Virus record (IMG/VR): IMGVR_UViG_3300046167_000870
DNA length: 64,000 bases
Direction: 5' to 3' (one strand)
DNA from: a virus
Shown: piece after piece, positions 31,766 to 41,433 of the stretch
Position numbering within the stretch: position 1 is the stretch's first letter
Layout of the letters: every line of letters starts with the position of its first letter
The notes under the pieces: generated by a model
Seen by the model: the letters and a program-made list of their open reading frames with translations, nothing else
Told to the model about the DNA's origin: nothing
Databases searched by the model: none
Translations under genes and position numbers: made by a program

Positions 31766-32664
31766 ATAATAATATTTTTATTTCTAATTTTATCACTTGG
31801 ACTAACACCATTTTCACATCTACCACACATATCAAATGTAGATAAAGGTGCAGGCATTATATCATCATATTCGTCAACGAATAAATTACCTAATATTTTT
31901 TCTAAACTATAATCCATACAACATAATGAAACATCTCCGTTAGGCAAAACAACATTATGATAAAGGTGTTCAATACAACCACAAGTACTAGGTCCTTTTT
32001 TAGGTGCATGGTTAACTCTATCTTTAATTTTATCTAATGCTGGTTTAATAGTTGCTTCACCTACTAAATTACCTGCTCTATCCCAAAAATTAGGTATAAC
32101 AGGATTAGGCCATAATTCTTTTACACAGTCATGAGGTTCACCCATACTCATTACATAAAATGCTTGAATATCATTTTCATATTCTTTAAATTTTTCAAAT
32201 ACTTTATATAACCTATCACTTAAGGGATGTTCAGCTATTCGTTCAGCATCTGGGATATGTAAACAAAATCCACCATTTGGTCCTTTAGTCCAAGGTATAT
32301 CTTTAACTGCTTCAACATCATCTAATGTCATTCCTACTCCTGTTGAAAATGCAGATAAAGGGTGTCCTTTGTAGTTAGCATACTGCATCATTTTAGTACA
32401 TTCTTTATTTAACCAAGGTTCAGTAAACCCAGAAAATGTAACTCTTACTTCTTTAGGTAATTTATCTACAATTTGAATAAATCTAGCTAGTGATAAGGTT
32501 TTAGGTTGACCCTTGTGAGCATGATAAATTTTCTCTAAAGTTCTTTGAGGGCAAAAGGCACAATTTACAACACAACCCTTAGGCGAAATAGAAGTTGTAA
32601 ATTCCATAGTAGGCCATTTTGTTGTTTTCCAGTAATCTCTCTTCTTAAATTCCATATTATTCAA
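31762..32664 (-). CDS. Radical SAM protein with SPASM/twitch domain
   Basis: CVVNCAFC (CxxxCxxC), FSGFTEP, VLPNGDVSLCCMD, CGRC. Confidence 0.85.
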   Translation of the reverse strand: MNNMEFKKRDYWKTTKWPTMEFTTSISPKGCVVNCAFCPQRTLEKIYHAHKGQPKTLSLARFIQIVDKLPKEVRVTFSGFTEPWLNKECTKMMQYANYKGHPLSAFSTGVGMTLDDVEAVKDIPWTKGPNGGFCLHIPDAERIAEHPLSDRLYKVFEKFKEYENDIQAFYVMSMGEPHDCVKELWPNPVIPNFWDRAGNLVGEATIKPALDKIKDRVNHAPKKGPSTCGCIEHLYHNVVLPNGDVSLCCMDYSLEKILGNLFVDEYDDIMPAPLSTFDMCGRCENGVSPSDKIRNKNIII

Positions 32665-32679
32665 TATACGTAAGTTTTT

Positions 32680-33615
32680 TTAAATTTCAAAGGAAGATAA
32701 TGCATTTATATGAGGGTTTAAATCTAAACTCCATTCTAAATCGTTAAAAAATCCTTCTAATTTGTTTAATAAAATTGATTCAAATACTTTTTGTCTGTCA
32801 GCATAAATATCAAGGAAATCTTGAATTTTTGATGGCATGTCATAATCAAAGAATGCTAATGCTTCTATTTTATATGGGTTATCTTTTAAATAAATCCATT
32901 TTACTTTATCGGCTTGAGTAATTAAGTTATGTTTTCTATCTAAACTCCATAATCTTAATAAATCATTATATCGAATTGCTGCTCTAACTGGTGCTGGAGC
33001 TCCTTTTAATATTTCAGTAAACATTTCACCTGCTCTTGCTTTAGTACCAGAGTACTTATCTAACTTTTTTACTGATGTTGGGTTGCCTAGTTTTGTTAGT
33101 GGAATATCACCTCCTAATATCTGTTTTTTAAATACTTTAATTTGTTCTAATACACTATCTTTCTGTTCACCCTTTAATACTTGTTGTAAAATATCATTGA
33201 AGAAATCTCCTAATATAGGTGGGAAATTTGCTTTCATAAATTCTAAACCTTTAATATCTAAAGATTCTTTTTCAATACCTTCTTGCTTAGTAATCCATTG
33301 AGCATAACGTCTAGTAGCTCTAAAATAGGCTGAACGAATAACACATTCTGTTTTCATTTCTAACCTATGTTCAGTTACATTAAATGCTTCACGAGCTAAT
33401 CTATCATAATCATCATTTATAATATCTTGATATTTAAGTGCTACTTTTTCTAAAATATCATCTTTTTTCTTATCATCAAAAGATTCAAAATCAGGATACA
33501 AATATTTTAGTATAGGTTCAGCATTAAAATAATTTGAATCAGTGTCTACATAAGCACAATAATTAACATCATCCTTATCACAAATCCACCAAGGAGTATC
33601 TTCTATATGTTTCAT
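32680..33615 (-). CDS. Family B DNA polymerase, C-terminal part (motif C and thumb)
   Basis: YVDTDS, RRYA, KGLEF. Confidence 0.9.
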   Translation of the reverse strand: MKHIEDTPWWICDKDDVNYCAYVDTDSNYFNAEPILKYLYPDFESFDDKKKDDILEKVALKYQDIINDDYDRLAREAFNVTEHRLEMKTECVIRSAYFRATRRYAQWITKQEGIEKESLDIKGLEFMKANFPPILGDFFNDILQQVLKGEQKDSVLEQIKVFKKQILGGDIPLTKLGNPTSVKKLDKYSGTKARAGEMFTEILKGAPAPVRAAIRYNDLLRLWSLDRKHNLITQADKVKWIYLKDNPYKIEALAFFDYDMPSKIQDFLDIYADRQKVFESILLNKLEGFFNDLEWSLDLNPHINALSSFEI

Positions 33616-33980
33616 CTATATTCTTTTATATCTTTAAAATTTGAACCTGAAATGATATTAATATCATTTTTTAATTGATTTCTAACTTCATTATATTCAA
33701 ATATCATTAATGATGCTTTCCTAAATTCTTTATCTGTAATACTTTTATCTCTAACTCTGTTTTCCAGATCCCATAACATACGATTTACTTTTGACAACTC
33801 CAAAAATAATACCTTAATTTCTTTACCATTTTTAGTAAATAAATCTACAACACCTGGATTTAGACTTGCAAATTCTAATTCTACATTAGCTAAATTCTCA
33901 GGATCCACCATATTCAATTTTTTAATTTCTAAAATTGAAATTCTATCTAGTAATTCACCATTTGATACTTCTATTTTCAT
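33612..33980 (-). CDS. Hypothetical phage protein (DUF6165-like)
   Basis: SNGELLDRISILEIK..LWDLE..NEVR..K..IN. Confidence 0.7.
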   Translation of the reverse strand: MKIEVSNGELLDRISILEIKKLNMVDPENLANVELEFASLNPGVVDLFTKNGKEIKVLFLELSKVNRMLWDLENRVRDKSITDKEFRKASLMIFEYNEVRNQLKNDINIISGSNFKDIKEYR

Positions 33981-33981
33981 T

Positions 33982-34248
33982 TTAAAATGTGCGTTCCCCA
34001 GGTAATTTGGGTACTGTTTGTGGTTTTTCTCCTTTTGAGTTAATATCTTCTCTTTCTTTTAAATCAATCTTATAAGTAACACCTTTTATTTTAAATCTAA
34101 ATACTCCTTGTTTTAAACATTTTCGGAACATTTTTTCTTGATTTTCAGACCAGGTTTCACTTACTTTAATTAGCTCATCCTTTGTAATTAGTTCATTGTC
34201 TGCATAAACTGTCATGTTGTTTCTTATAGATTGTTTTTTTAATGTCAT
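33982..34248 (-). CDS. Hypothetical protein
   Basis: Overlaps the polB N-part stop (ATGA coupling). Confidence 0.65.
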   Translation of the reverse strand: MTLKKQSIRNNMTVYADNELITKDELIKVSETWSENQEKMFRKCLKQGVFRFKIKGVTYKIDLKEREDINSKGEKPQTVPKLPGERTF

Positions 34249-35946
34249 ATTTGTAGTTTGATTTTGTTTTTAATTACTTTATTCATATGCCTATTGGCAC
34301 ATAAAGCACTTTCTTGAATAATTCTTTGACCTGATAATGTAATAGCTTCTGATAATATTACGTTACCATATCTAAAACTACCTAATGCTGTTGCTCCATA
34401 TAAACTATTAAGCAAAATTTTCATTGTGTATTGCATTAAATGATTATATTCACCTGCTTCTGTATCTCCAGCTTTATAAGCTTTTTTCATACGTCCTTTA
34501 TAAATAACACGCTCTTCAAACCATTTCTTAAGAATAGTAGATAATACTGATTCTCTATCTGTTTCAAAAAATACACCATTAGCTGAAATAGCTAAATTAT
34601 TTTCTTCAATCATTTGAATTAGTTTCTTAACAGGAACATAAGCTTGTCTTCGGTGTTTGTTTTCTACTAATAATTCTTCTTCAGGATCACGTTCTTTTAA
34701 ATCGTTAAGTGCCAATCTATTATTACGGTCATCTGAATCTATGATGCGACCCTTGAGTGTTTCTTTACCTATGTTAATTGACATTATTATAGATGGATAC
34801 AGTGATGTTAAATCTTCATCAAACATATACTTGTATAGTCCTGCTTTGGGGCAAAAAAGGTAACCACCAGCATAATTCTTTTTATGAATTGGATGTTCAT
34901 CTCTTCTTGGTGGTATAATATTTTTACTTAATAAGTAAGCTGAAATCGCTCCATCTTGTGATACTGTATTAGCATATACTTCACTATAATTGTGCTTACC
35001 TTTATGTGATAGGTTTTTAGTTAAAGCAATATATTGTAATTTTTCATCTAATTTTTGAAGTATTTCAACATCAACAAAGTTATATTGAATAAATTTATGG
35101 ATATCAGTTTCAAATAATTGATCTAAATTACCTTCATATTCAACCTTACCCATACCAACATACTTTTCTCCAATAGCATCTAATTTCCAGCTTGGTTCAT
35201 CTTTCCAGCTATATTTTTTATGTAAACGAATATAATCAAGTGATTCAACTCCTACAATTTCTACAAATTGATTACGCTTATACCAATATTGATTACCCTT
35301 TTTACAATTTACTACTCCAATAGGTGATAAATGTTTAGCAAAATCCTCTCCAATAGTATTACACATTCTATAATACAAATAAGGAATATCAAAATAATCT
35401 GAATTATAACCAATTAAAATATCTGGATCGATATCTCTGATATGCTCAATAAATTTACCTAATAATTCATTTTCTGTTCTACAAGGTATAATTTCTTTGT
35501 TTTTTGCTTTAGTATGTTTAAGTTGGTTTTTCTTATCAAGAATTAAAATGTGCCAAGTATTAGGTGTTTTATCCCACCAAGCAATAGAGGTAATAGGCAT
35601 CGGGGCACTTTCAATATAATCTTCGGTCAAAGCGACCCCCGATTTCACACTCAATATCAAAAAATACTTCTCTATGACCAGTAGAAGGAGTATCATCAGT
35701 ACCATATCTTTCGATAAGGAACTTTTGATATGGTTTCATATCATGAAAATGTATATTTGAAGTATTTTTATCCCACTTATATGTTTTGCTTAGTTTTTCT
35801 CCATTAATTCCAGTAAATTCACCATCTGGATCTTCAACATAAGCTGGGTTCCACCATTCTATTTCATCGTAACCTGCTTCATCCCAAAGGTGGATTTTGA
35901 ATTTGTTTTTCCCTAAACTTTTTGCAAAACATTTTTTATAACTCAT
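34245..35946 (-). CDS. Family B DNA polymerase, N-terminal part (3'-5' exonuclease, motifs A and B), one extra base near 35634
   Basis: FDIECE, GYNSDYFD, YNFVDV, DLTSLYPSII, KILLNSLYG; removing one base joins both ORFs into 566 aa. Confidence 0.9.
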
Positions 35947-36112
35947 TTGGTCTTATCTGTGATAATATTTCCATTAATTCTTCAACTTCAAATTTACATA
36001 ACTGCCCCTCACATAAATCTTGACAACACTTGTCGGTATTAAGATAAATAAATTCTAGTGATTTATCAACCTGTTCCCATTGTTCTTTAGATAATTGTTT
36101 CGGGGTCGGCAT
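35936..36112 (-). CDS. Small hypothetical protein (58 aa, not in ORF track)
   Basis: MPTPKQLSKEQW...; fills the gap and overlaps both neighbours. Confidence 0.45.
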   Translation of the reverse strand: MPTPKQLSKEQWEQVDKSLEFIYLNTDKCCQDLCEGQLCKFEVEELMEILSQIRPNEL

Positions 36113-36662
36113 TGGGTAAACATTTTTCTATTTCATCCTGAGTAAAAAACTTACTCAAATCTGGTCTATAATAATTAATTGATTTCATTACTTTCTTATC
36201 CCTTGATCTATAGACAATGTACCGTCCTTCCTCAAGTTTCTCAAAATGGCAGGCCTCACCTTGTTCCTTACTTCTTTGGCTGACGGTGAGTATGGCCTCT
36301 TCTTCAGTTTTACAAGCTTTTGACATATTACTTCCTTGTACCTCGAGATATGCTGGCCATACCTTATCCTTAAGACCATGTAACATAGCACCGTTCCCAA
36401 GGGAAACATAAGTAATGTCGCACAAAGCGTCCAAAACTTCCACAATGTCTCCTCGTTCGCAAGCCTCTCTATATTCTTCGAGTTCTTCAAGTATAAAGTC
36501 GTAAACAAATTTCCATTCTTTTTTTTCTGGTATAGTTGGTTCATAATTATTTGGTTTGCCAAATGTGGCATTAAATGTTTCTACTTCAGAAACAAAGGGT
36601 ACTTCATTAACCCATACAGGTAGCTCTTCATCTTTAAATTTTAATTTTAGCTGCTTGCTCAT
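36087..36662 (-). CDS. MazG-like/PRA-PH nucleoside triphosphate pyrophosphohydrolase
   Basis: EELEEY, DALCDITYV, EVQGSNMSK, KVMKS. Confidence 0.85.
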   Translation of the reverse strand: MSKQLKLKFKDEELPVWVNEVPFVSEVETFNATFGKPNNYEPTIPEKKEWKFVYDFILEELEEYREACERGDIVEVLDALCDITYVSLGNGAMLHGLKDKVWPAYLEVQGSNMSKACKTEEEAILTVSQRSKEQGEACHFEKLEEGRYIVYRSRDKKVMKSINYYRPDLSKFFTQDEIEKCLPNADPETII

Positions 36663-37259
36663 AACTTTTTATTTTTTATTTTATTTTGGAATTTCATAAA
36701 TGATCCTTCTTTGTCATTTGACATACCTGCAACAAGATGAATTCCTTCTCTTTTATCAAGATCCGAAATAGCAGCATCTTGCATTTCAGCAAATTCTAAC
36801 CATTCATCACTTTTATAATATTCCTCTAATGCATCTCTTTCTTTTTTAGCATCATTAGCTAAATAATCTTGAATTGGAAGTGAATCTTTAGTTTCCCAAG
36901 GGTAAATAACCCATTCATCTCTTTCATGTAATTCAGCCCACAAATTAGGTTGAAAACAAGATGTATGTGGTTTATAATGTAATACTGCTGTATAAACTCC
37001 AGGACCTTTTTCTAATGTAACTCCAGAATCACATATATCATCAACTACTAATGTATTCTTTCCTACTGCACCTACATAAGGTAAACCTAGTTTATGTGAT
37101 ATTAATACTGCTGGAATTAATCCACCTCTGGGAATACCATGAACTGAATCTATATTAATTTGGTCGTGTCCTAATTTTGTCACATAAGTTGTTAACAAGA
37201 CCATTTACATCATCCCAACTTAAGTACATTTTGTTTTCTTCTTCGTTTACTAATGCCAT
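36659..37259 (-). CDS. Purine-type phosphoribosyltransferase, one extra base at 37170-37171
   Basis: YLSWDDV N-term (other frame), GIPRGGL, LVVDDICDSGVTL, WVIYPWE; repaired length 199 aa. Confidence 0.85.
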
Positions 37260-37262
37260 ATT

Positions 37263-37955
37263 TTATATATTATGTCCTCCGTTATTAATCTTCAGACTAT
37301 CAAAAAATTCTTTTCTTGCTAAATTATCATTTTCTCTAAATACACCTGATGCTTTAGTAGTAACCATTGCTGCTCCTTGATGTTTAACTCCTCTACAGCT
37401 AACACAATTATGTGTTCCAACTATAGTAACAATTACACCTTTATTACCTTCAGTAATTTTACATACTGCATTATGGATAGCTGATGTTAATTGTTCTTGT
37501 ATTGCTCCTCTACGACCAAATAATTCAACAATTCTATTTAATTTAGATAAACCAATTACTCTACCTTCATCACCTGCTATATAACCAATATGAACTACAC
37601 CTCCAATTGTTTGGTGGTGGTGTGAACACATTGAGGTAAGAGGAATATTTCTTTCAATAATGATTCCATCATATCCATCCGAAGGAAAGGATGTTATAGG
37701 TGACATTTCAGTATATCTACCTGCCCATAAATCATTAACATAGGCTTTAGCTACTCGCATAGGAGTATCTGCTGAATTTGGATCTTGTCTCCAATCACAT
37801 TTTAATTCATCTAAAAACAAACCAAATTTATGGGCTGCTTTTACTATCATGTCTTTTTTTTCTGCATCGCTAAAAGGAAATCCTGGTGCTACACCATTTG
37901 CATAACCTTCTTGTACAACTTCTAATTCTTGGTGAATTTTTCTTCTATTGCTCAT
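37263..37955 (-). CDS. folE: GTP cyclohydrolase I
   Basis: TPMRVAKAY, SMCSHH, GLSKLNR, IQEQLT, H.CVSCRGV. Confidence 0.95.
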   Translation of the reverse strand: MSNRRKIHQELEVVQEGYANGVAPGFPFSDAEKKDMIVKAAHKFGLFLDELKCDWRQDPNSADTPMRVAKAYVNDLWAGRYTEMSPITSFPSDGYDGIIIERNIPLTSMCSHHHQTIGGVVHIGYIAGDEGRVIGLSKLNRIVELFGRRGAIQEQLTSAIHNAVCKITEGNKGVIVTIVGTHNCVSCRGVKHQGAAMVTTKASGVFRENDNLARKEFFDSLKINNGGHNI

Positions 37956-38050
37956 TTATATAACTTTCTAATTTATCTATTAATACTAATACTTCGTCTG
38001 GTTCCATAGTAATGGCACAACAGACATTTACATTTTCTTTTATATCATCT

Positions 38051-38080
38051 AATATACGAAGGGCTTCTTGCTTATCCACT
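38051..38080 (-). promoter_or_regulatory. Class I promoter motif upstream of folE
   Basis: aatatacga...tatcc at the conserved offset. Confidence 0.6.
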
Positions 38081-38897
38081 ATACTTCTCGCTTATCTTCA
38101 AACGCAATAATATGTGGTCTCCAAGTCATTCTATAACCATTATCCCTTACCCAATCAAATAATACTGGATATGATTTAAATAAAGCTTCCCTTGAATCAC
38201 CAGCAGGCATAAACCAAACTTTTTCTGATTTAACCTCTAATTGAGCTAAACAATCCATAATTTCAGCTAATGCATCTTGATCTTTACCATCCCATACTGG
38301 TTTAATATGATAATCAGAGTGATAAGCTATTGATTGTTTAATTGCATCATAATTAAGTCTTAACTTATTATGTTGTTTTACCATTTTTTCATCTGTAACT
38401 TTTCCTTGAGGAGTAAGAGTACCAACAACGGGGACGCTATTACTAAACTTAGGAGAAATTGACAGGAGATTAATAGGATAATCAGTAGGAAGGAAATGTG
38501 ATCCTTCAGTTTCAATAGTAATGAATATATCGTTTTCATGTGCGAAGTGTGTTAATTCATTTACTAAAGCAGCATGCATAGTAGGTGAACCTCCAGTCAA
38601 CATCATTTCCTTTATATGAGGGTTTTTCTCATACATGGCAATAATATCTTTAAAGTTAAAATGACCTTTTTCTGGGTGGATACTTGTATACCAACTATCA
38701 CACCATCCACCTTCGCCAAAATAGCATCTGTGGGTGCATCCTGTTGTTCTAATAACTACTGTTGGGTATCCTGCTCTTGAGCCTTCTGATTGTACTGCAG
38801 TGTAAATTTCTACAATAGGGAGGTTTTTATCGTAATCCTCAATACGTTTCAATTGTTTGTGCATATTGTTAATTTTTTTAAGTGGTTTTTCATTCAC
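38079..38897 (-). CDS. queE: 7-carboxy-7-deazaguanine synthase
   Basis: QSEG..G.P.V.IR..GC...C(x7)CDS, LTGGSP, IETEG, SISPK. Confidence 0.9.
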   Translation of the reverse strand: MNEKPLKKINNMHKQLKRIEDYDKNLPIVEIYTAVQSEGSRAGYPTVVIRTTGCTHRCYFGEGGWCDSWYTSIHPEKGHFNFKDIIAMYEKNPHIKEMMLTGGSPTMHAALVNELTHFAHENDIFITIETEGSHFLPTDYPINLLSISPKFSNSVPVVGTLTPQGKVTDEKMVKQHNKLRLNYDAIKQSIAYHSDYHIKPVWDGKDQDALAEIMDCLAQLEVKSEKVWFMPAGDSREALFKSYPVLFDWVRDNGYRMTWRPHIIAFEDKREV

Positions 38898-38906
38898 TAT
38901 TATAAC

Positions 38907-39371
38907 TTATTCGCTGTAATAAGCAGCGTTTTTACCGTGTTCTGCAAACTTAACTTTAATAACTCTTACTCTGTTATCAGTTTCAGTTTTAACAAAATCA
39001 TTTAATTTGTGATAAATATATTCAGCAAATTTCTCTGCGCCAGTAGCTGGAATTACTCTTACTTGTGCTACACCTGCTTTGTCCATTTGTTGAAATGCTT
39101 TTAATTCAGGATCATCTTCTGCTATAATCATAGTATGATCAAACATATAATCCATCCATGCTTTAGGAGATTTACCATCAATTAGAGTTTTAGCTCTTTT
39201 CATTCCACCAAAATCCCAAACCCAATTCCTTTCATCTAATTCACCTTCAAAATATACTTTAAAGGAAATACCATAACCATGTACAAATCTACAGTGTGTT
39301 GTTGTTGCTTTCCATTGACGAAACACTGTACTAAAACCGTCAAATACTTTACTTGATTGAAATTTACCCAT
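38907..39371 (-). CDS. queD: 6-carboxy-5,6,7,8-tetrahydropterin synthase
   Basis: CRFVHGY, VWDFG, FDH, GAEKFA. Confidence 0.9.
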   Translation of the reverse strand: MGKFQSSKVFDGFSTVFRQWKATTTHCRFVHGYGISFKVYFEGELDERNWVWDFGGMKRAKTLIDGKSPKAWMDYMFDHTMIIAEDDPELKAFQQMDKAGVAQVRVIPATGAEKFAEYIYHKLNDFVKTETDNRVRVIKVKFAEHGKNAAYYSE

Positions 39372-39612
39372 TATACCAATTTAATATGTCTTCCCTTGAC
39401 TGATTACCAACTGTTCTCTTTATCTCATTATTACTATCATCTACTTTAATTAAAGTTGGGACTGATCTAACAGAATAATGAGCTGCTTTTTCCATATCAT
39501 TGTCAATATTTACTTTATGAATAGGAATTTCTAAACTTAACTTGTCCATTACTGGACCTAGTGCTTTACAAGGTCCACACCAAGGAGCTGTAAAATAAAT
39601 AATTTTTGCCAT
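39364..39612 (-). CDS. Thioredoxin
   Basis: WCGPC active site, SVPT. Confidence 0.9.
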   Translation of the reverse strand: MAKIIYFTAPWCGPCKALGPVMDKLSLEIPIHKVNIDNDMEKAAHYSVRSVPTLIKVDDSNNEIKRTVGNQSREDILNWYNG

Positions 39613-39662
39613 GTTTTCTAATTTATTATTATACTAAATATACGAAACTTATTTCTAATTTC

Positions 39663-39854
39663 CTAATTACTTCCATTTTCTTTATAATCTATAAAAAATC
39701 CAATTGCTACTATTAAATTCATTCCTATGGATGCCCCAATTTCTACTAAATCGTGAAAATTATGGATAGATAAATGGATATGTCCTACAACCCAAAAAGG
39801 AATTGCTAAATTTTGACTAATCCAAATTATAAGAAATTTTAAAAAACTTTTCAT
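39663..39854 (-). CDS. Small membrane protein (63 aa)
   Basis: Start MKSFLK after tRNA-Gln; two hydrophobic segments. Confidence 0.55.
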   Translation of the reverse strand: MKSFLKFLIIWISQNLAIPFWVVGHIHLSIHNFHDLVEIGASIGMNLIVAIGFFIDYKENGSN

Positions 39855-39867
39855 ATTATAACTTTTG

Positions 39868-39940
39868 TTGTCCCTACAGGGGTCGAACCTATACTCTTCT
39901 GGACCAAAACCAGACGTGTTGCCAATTACACCAAGGGACA
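39868..39940 (-). tRNA. tRNA-Gln(UUG)
   Basis: TGTCCCT/AGGGACA acceptor stem, TCTGG-TTTTGGT-CCAGA anticodon arm, GTTCGA T-loop; no encoded CCA. Confidence 0.93.
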
Positions 39941-39943
39941 CTG

Positions 39944-40017
39944 TGGAGAATATCGGAGTCGAACCGATGACCTCCTGCGTGCAAGGCAGGCGCTCTAGCC
40001 AGCTGAGCTAATTCCCC
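39944..40017 (-). tRNA. tRNA-Ala(UGC)
   Basis: GGGGAAT/ATTCTCC with G3:U70, CCTGC-CTTGCAC-GCAGG anticodon arm, GTTCGA; no encoded CCA. Confidence 0.95.
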
Positions 40018-40023
40018 TACCCT

Positions 40024-40164
40024 TTAGACGTTTCTCCATCTACGTCTATCAGACCATTGTACTTTTTTGGTCTGACCTAACATAGCTAATCTACTTACTT
40101 TCTGATTGAAAGCATTTCTGTCTTGATTTAACTGTGTGTTACCGTTTTGTTGTTCGTTGTTCAT
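40024..40164 (-). CDS. 46-aa peptide upstream of tRNA-Ala (not in ORF track)
   Basis: MNNEQQNGNTQLNQ...WSDRRRWRNV; fills the queC-tRNA gap. Confidence 0.45.
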   Translation of the reverse strand: MNNEQQNGNTQLNQDRNAFNQKVSRLAMLGQTKKVQWSDRRRWRNV

Positions 40165-40199
40165 TACTAGATTGTTAAATTATAATTACATATATGTTA

Positions 40200-41045
40200 C
40201 TATACGTATTCAGCAAGCACTTTTTCGACATGAGATTTTGCTACTTCATAATCAACTACTCCAGTTTCATCTGCATAACCAACAGGATCAGGTCTTCCTA
40301 ATTTAATAAATGCTTCAATACGTTCAACACTAGAAGCTGATTTATAATCACTGTACCATTCGTATGCATTAGTTTCAGGTCTACTATAAACTTTAAGTGG
40401 TTTATAAGAAGTGTTAGTTCTAGAATAAACTTCATCAAAATCAATACCTAAAATTTCACATAACTTTTCTCCATCCTGTAGGATACCAAATTTATCAGTA
40501 TCTAAATAAGGTGTAAAGTAACCTACTCTATCTGCATCCCAATTTCCAATTCTAAAAGCTGCATCATCTGCATCTCTAAATTCTTGTCTACAATCAGGGT
40601 AAACTGCATGATCACCAGCATGGATACCTAAAGCAATATCACAAACATCTTCTGTTCTATTTGCTACAGATAATGCTACTGCTTGAGTAATTGAAGCAAA
40701 CATTTTGTTTCTATTAGGAACAACTGTTTCTTTCATATTATCTTGTTCATAATGTCCTTCTGGTACATCATCTCCTCCTTGAACTAAAGCTGAATCTAGT
40801 AAATCTACTAATCCATCTAGTTTAATTTGACGATAATTAACTGTACAACCATTAAAACAATTTTCATCTACTGGGCAGATTTTATTGATATAATCAACTA
40901 ATTGTTGAGCTCTTTCTAGCTCTACTCTATGCTTTTGACCATAGTCAAAAGATATAGCTGTTACAGAATCATACTTTTCGATAGCTCTTAACAATAGGGT
41001 GCTGCTATCCATTCCACCACTTAAACTAACTACACAATGTGCCAT
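40200..41045 (-). CDS. queC: 7-cyano-7-deazaguanine synthase
   Basis: SGGMDS, FDYGQKH..E, VVPNRN, YPDCR. Confidence 0.93.
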   Translation of the reverse strand: MAHCVVSLSGGMDSSTLLLRAIEKYDSVTAISFDYGQKHRVELERAQQLVDYINKICPVDENCFNGCTVNYRQIKLDGLVDLLDSALVQGGDDVPEGHYEQDNMKETVVPNRNKMFASITQAVALSVANRTEDVCDIALGIHAGDHAVYPDCRQEFRDADDAAFRIGNWDADRVGYFTPYLDTDKFGILQDGEKLCEILGIDFDEVYSRTNTSYKPLKVYSRPETNAYEWYSDYKSASSVERIEAFIKLGRPDPVGYADETGVVDYEVAKSHVEKVLAEYV

Positions 41046-41048
41046 AAT

Positions 41049-41234
41049 TTATTTATTTAATTTTTGCCAGGTATTTTGCGTATAGGCTAACGCTTGTTTA
41101 AATTTACATTTTATATATAATCGAACATACGAAAATATAGTGGATATTCCTACCCCTCCTAAAAGAAGTGTCCAAATATTTGGATGAAAGTGCTCTCCAC
41201 AAAGCCCTAATGCGTGTTTTATTACTTCTGCCAT
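41049..41234 (-). CDS. Small membrane protein
   Basis: HALGLCGEHFHP followed by a TM segment. Confidence 0.55.
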   Translation of the reverse strand: MAEVIKHALGLCGEHFHPNIWTLLLGGVGISTIFSYVRLYIKCKFKQALAYTQNTWQKLNK

Positions 41235-41235
41235 A

Positions 41236-41433
41236 TTAGTCGTTTTCTTTAAATTCTACGTCACCGTAATCATCAATCGGTTTATCTCTTACCAGGTCCC
41301 AATCTGCATCATCTATAATTTCTTGTTGAAGGTCTTCATCACCTGTTTTCCATTTTGCTAGTTCTTCTTCTGTTAAGATATATTCTTCCCATCTGAAGTT
41401 GCAATAATTTACTGTTCTTGTTAATTTAGCCAT
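41236..41433 (-). CDS. Hypothetical acidic protein
   Basis: Packed ORF. Confidence 0.55.
   Translation of the reverse strand: MAKLTRTVNYCNFRWEEYILTEEELAKWKTGDEDLQQEIIDDADWDLVRDKPIDDYGDVEFKEND

Noticed and set aside
33612-34248. Split intein or group I intron in polB
   Set aside because: No Cys/Ser-initiated intein N-part, no His-Asn terminus, no homing endonuclease; the gap is fully occupied by two ordinary ORFs
39855-39941. N-terminal extension of ORF 39663-39941
   Set aside because: Overlaps tRNA-Gln; true start is probably 39854
39944-40164. Permuted tmRNA (short ORF next to an Ala acceptor stem)
   Set aside because: The tRNA-Ala has a complete D arm and UGC anticodon arm, and the peptide does not resemble a degradation tag
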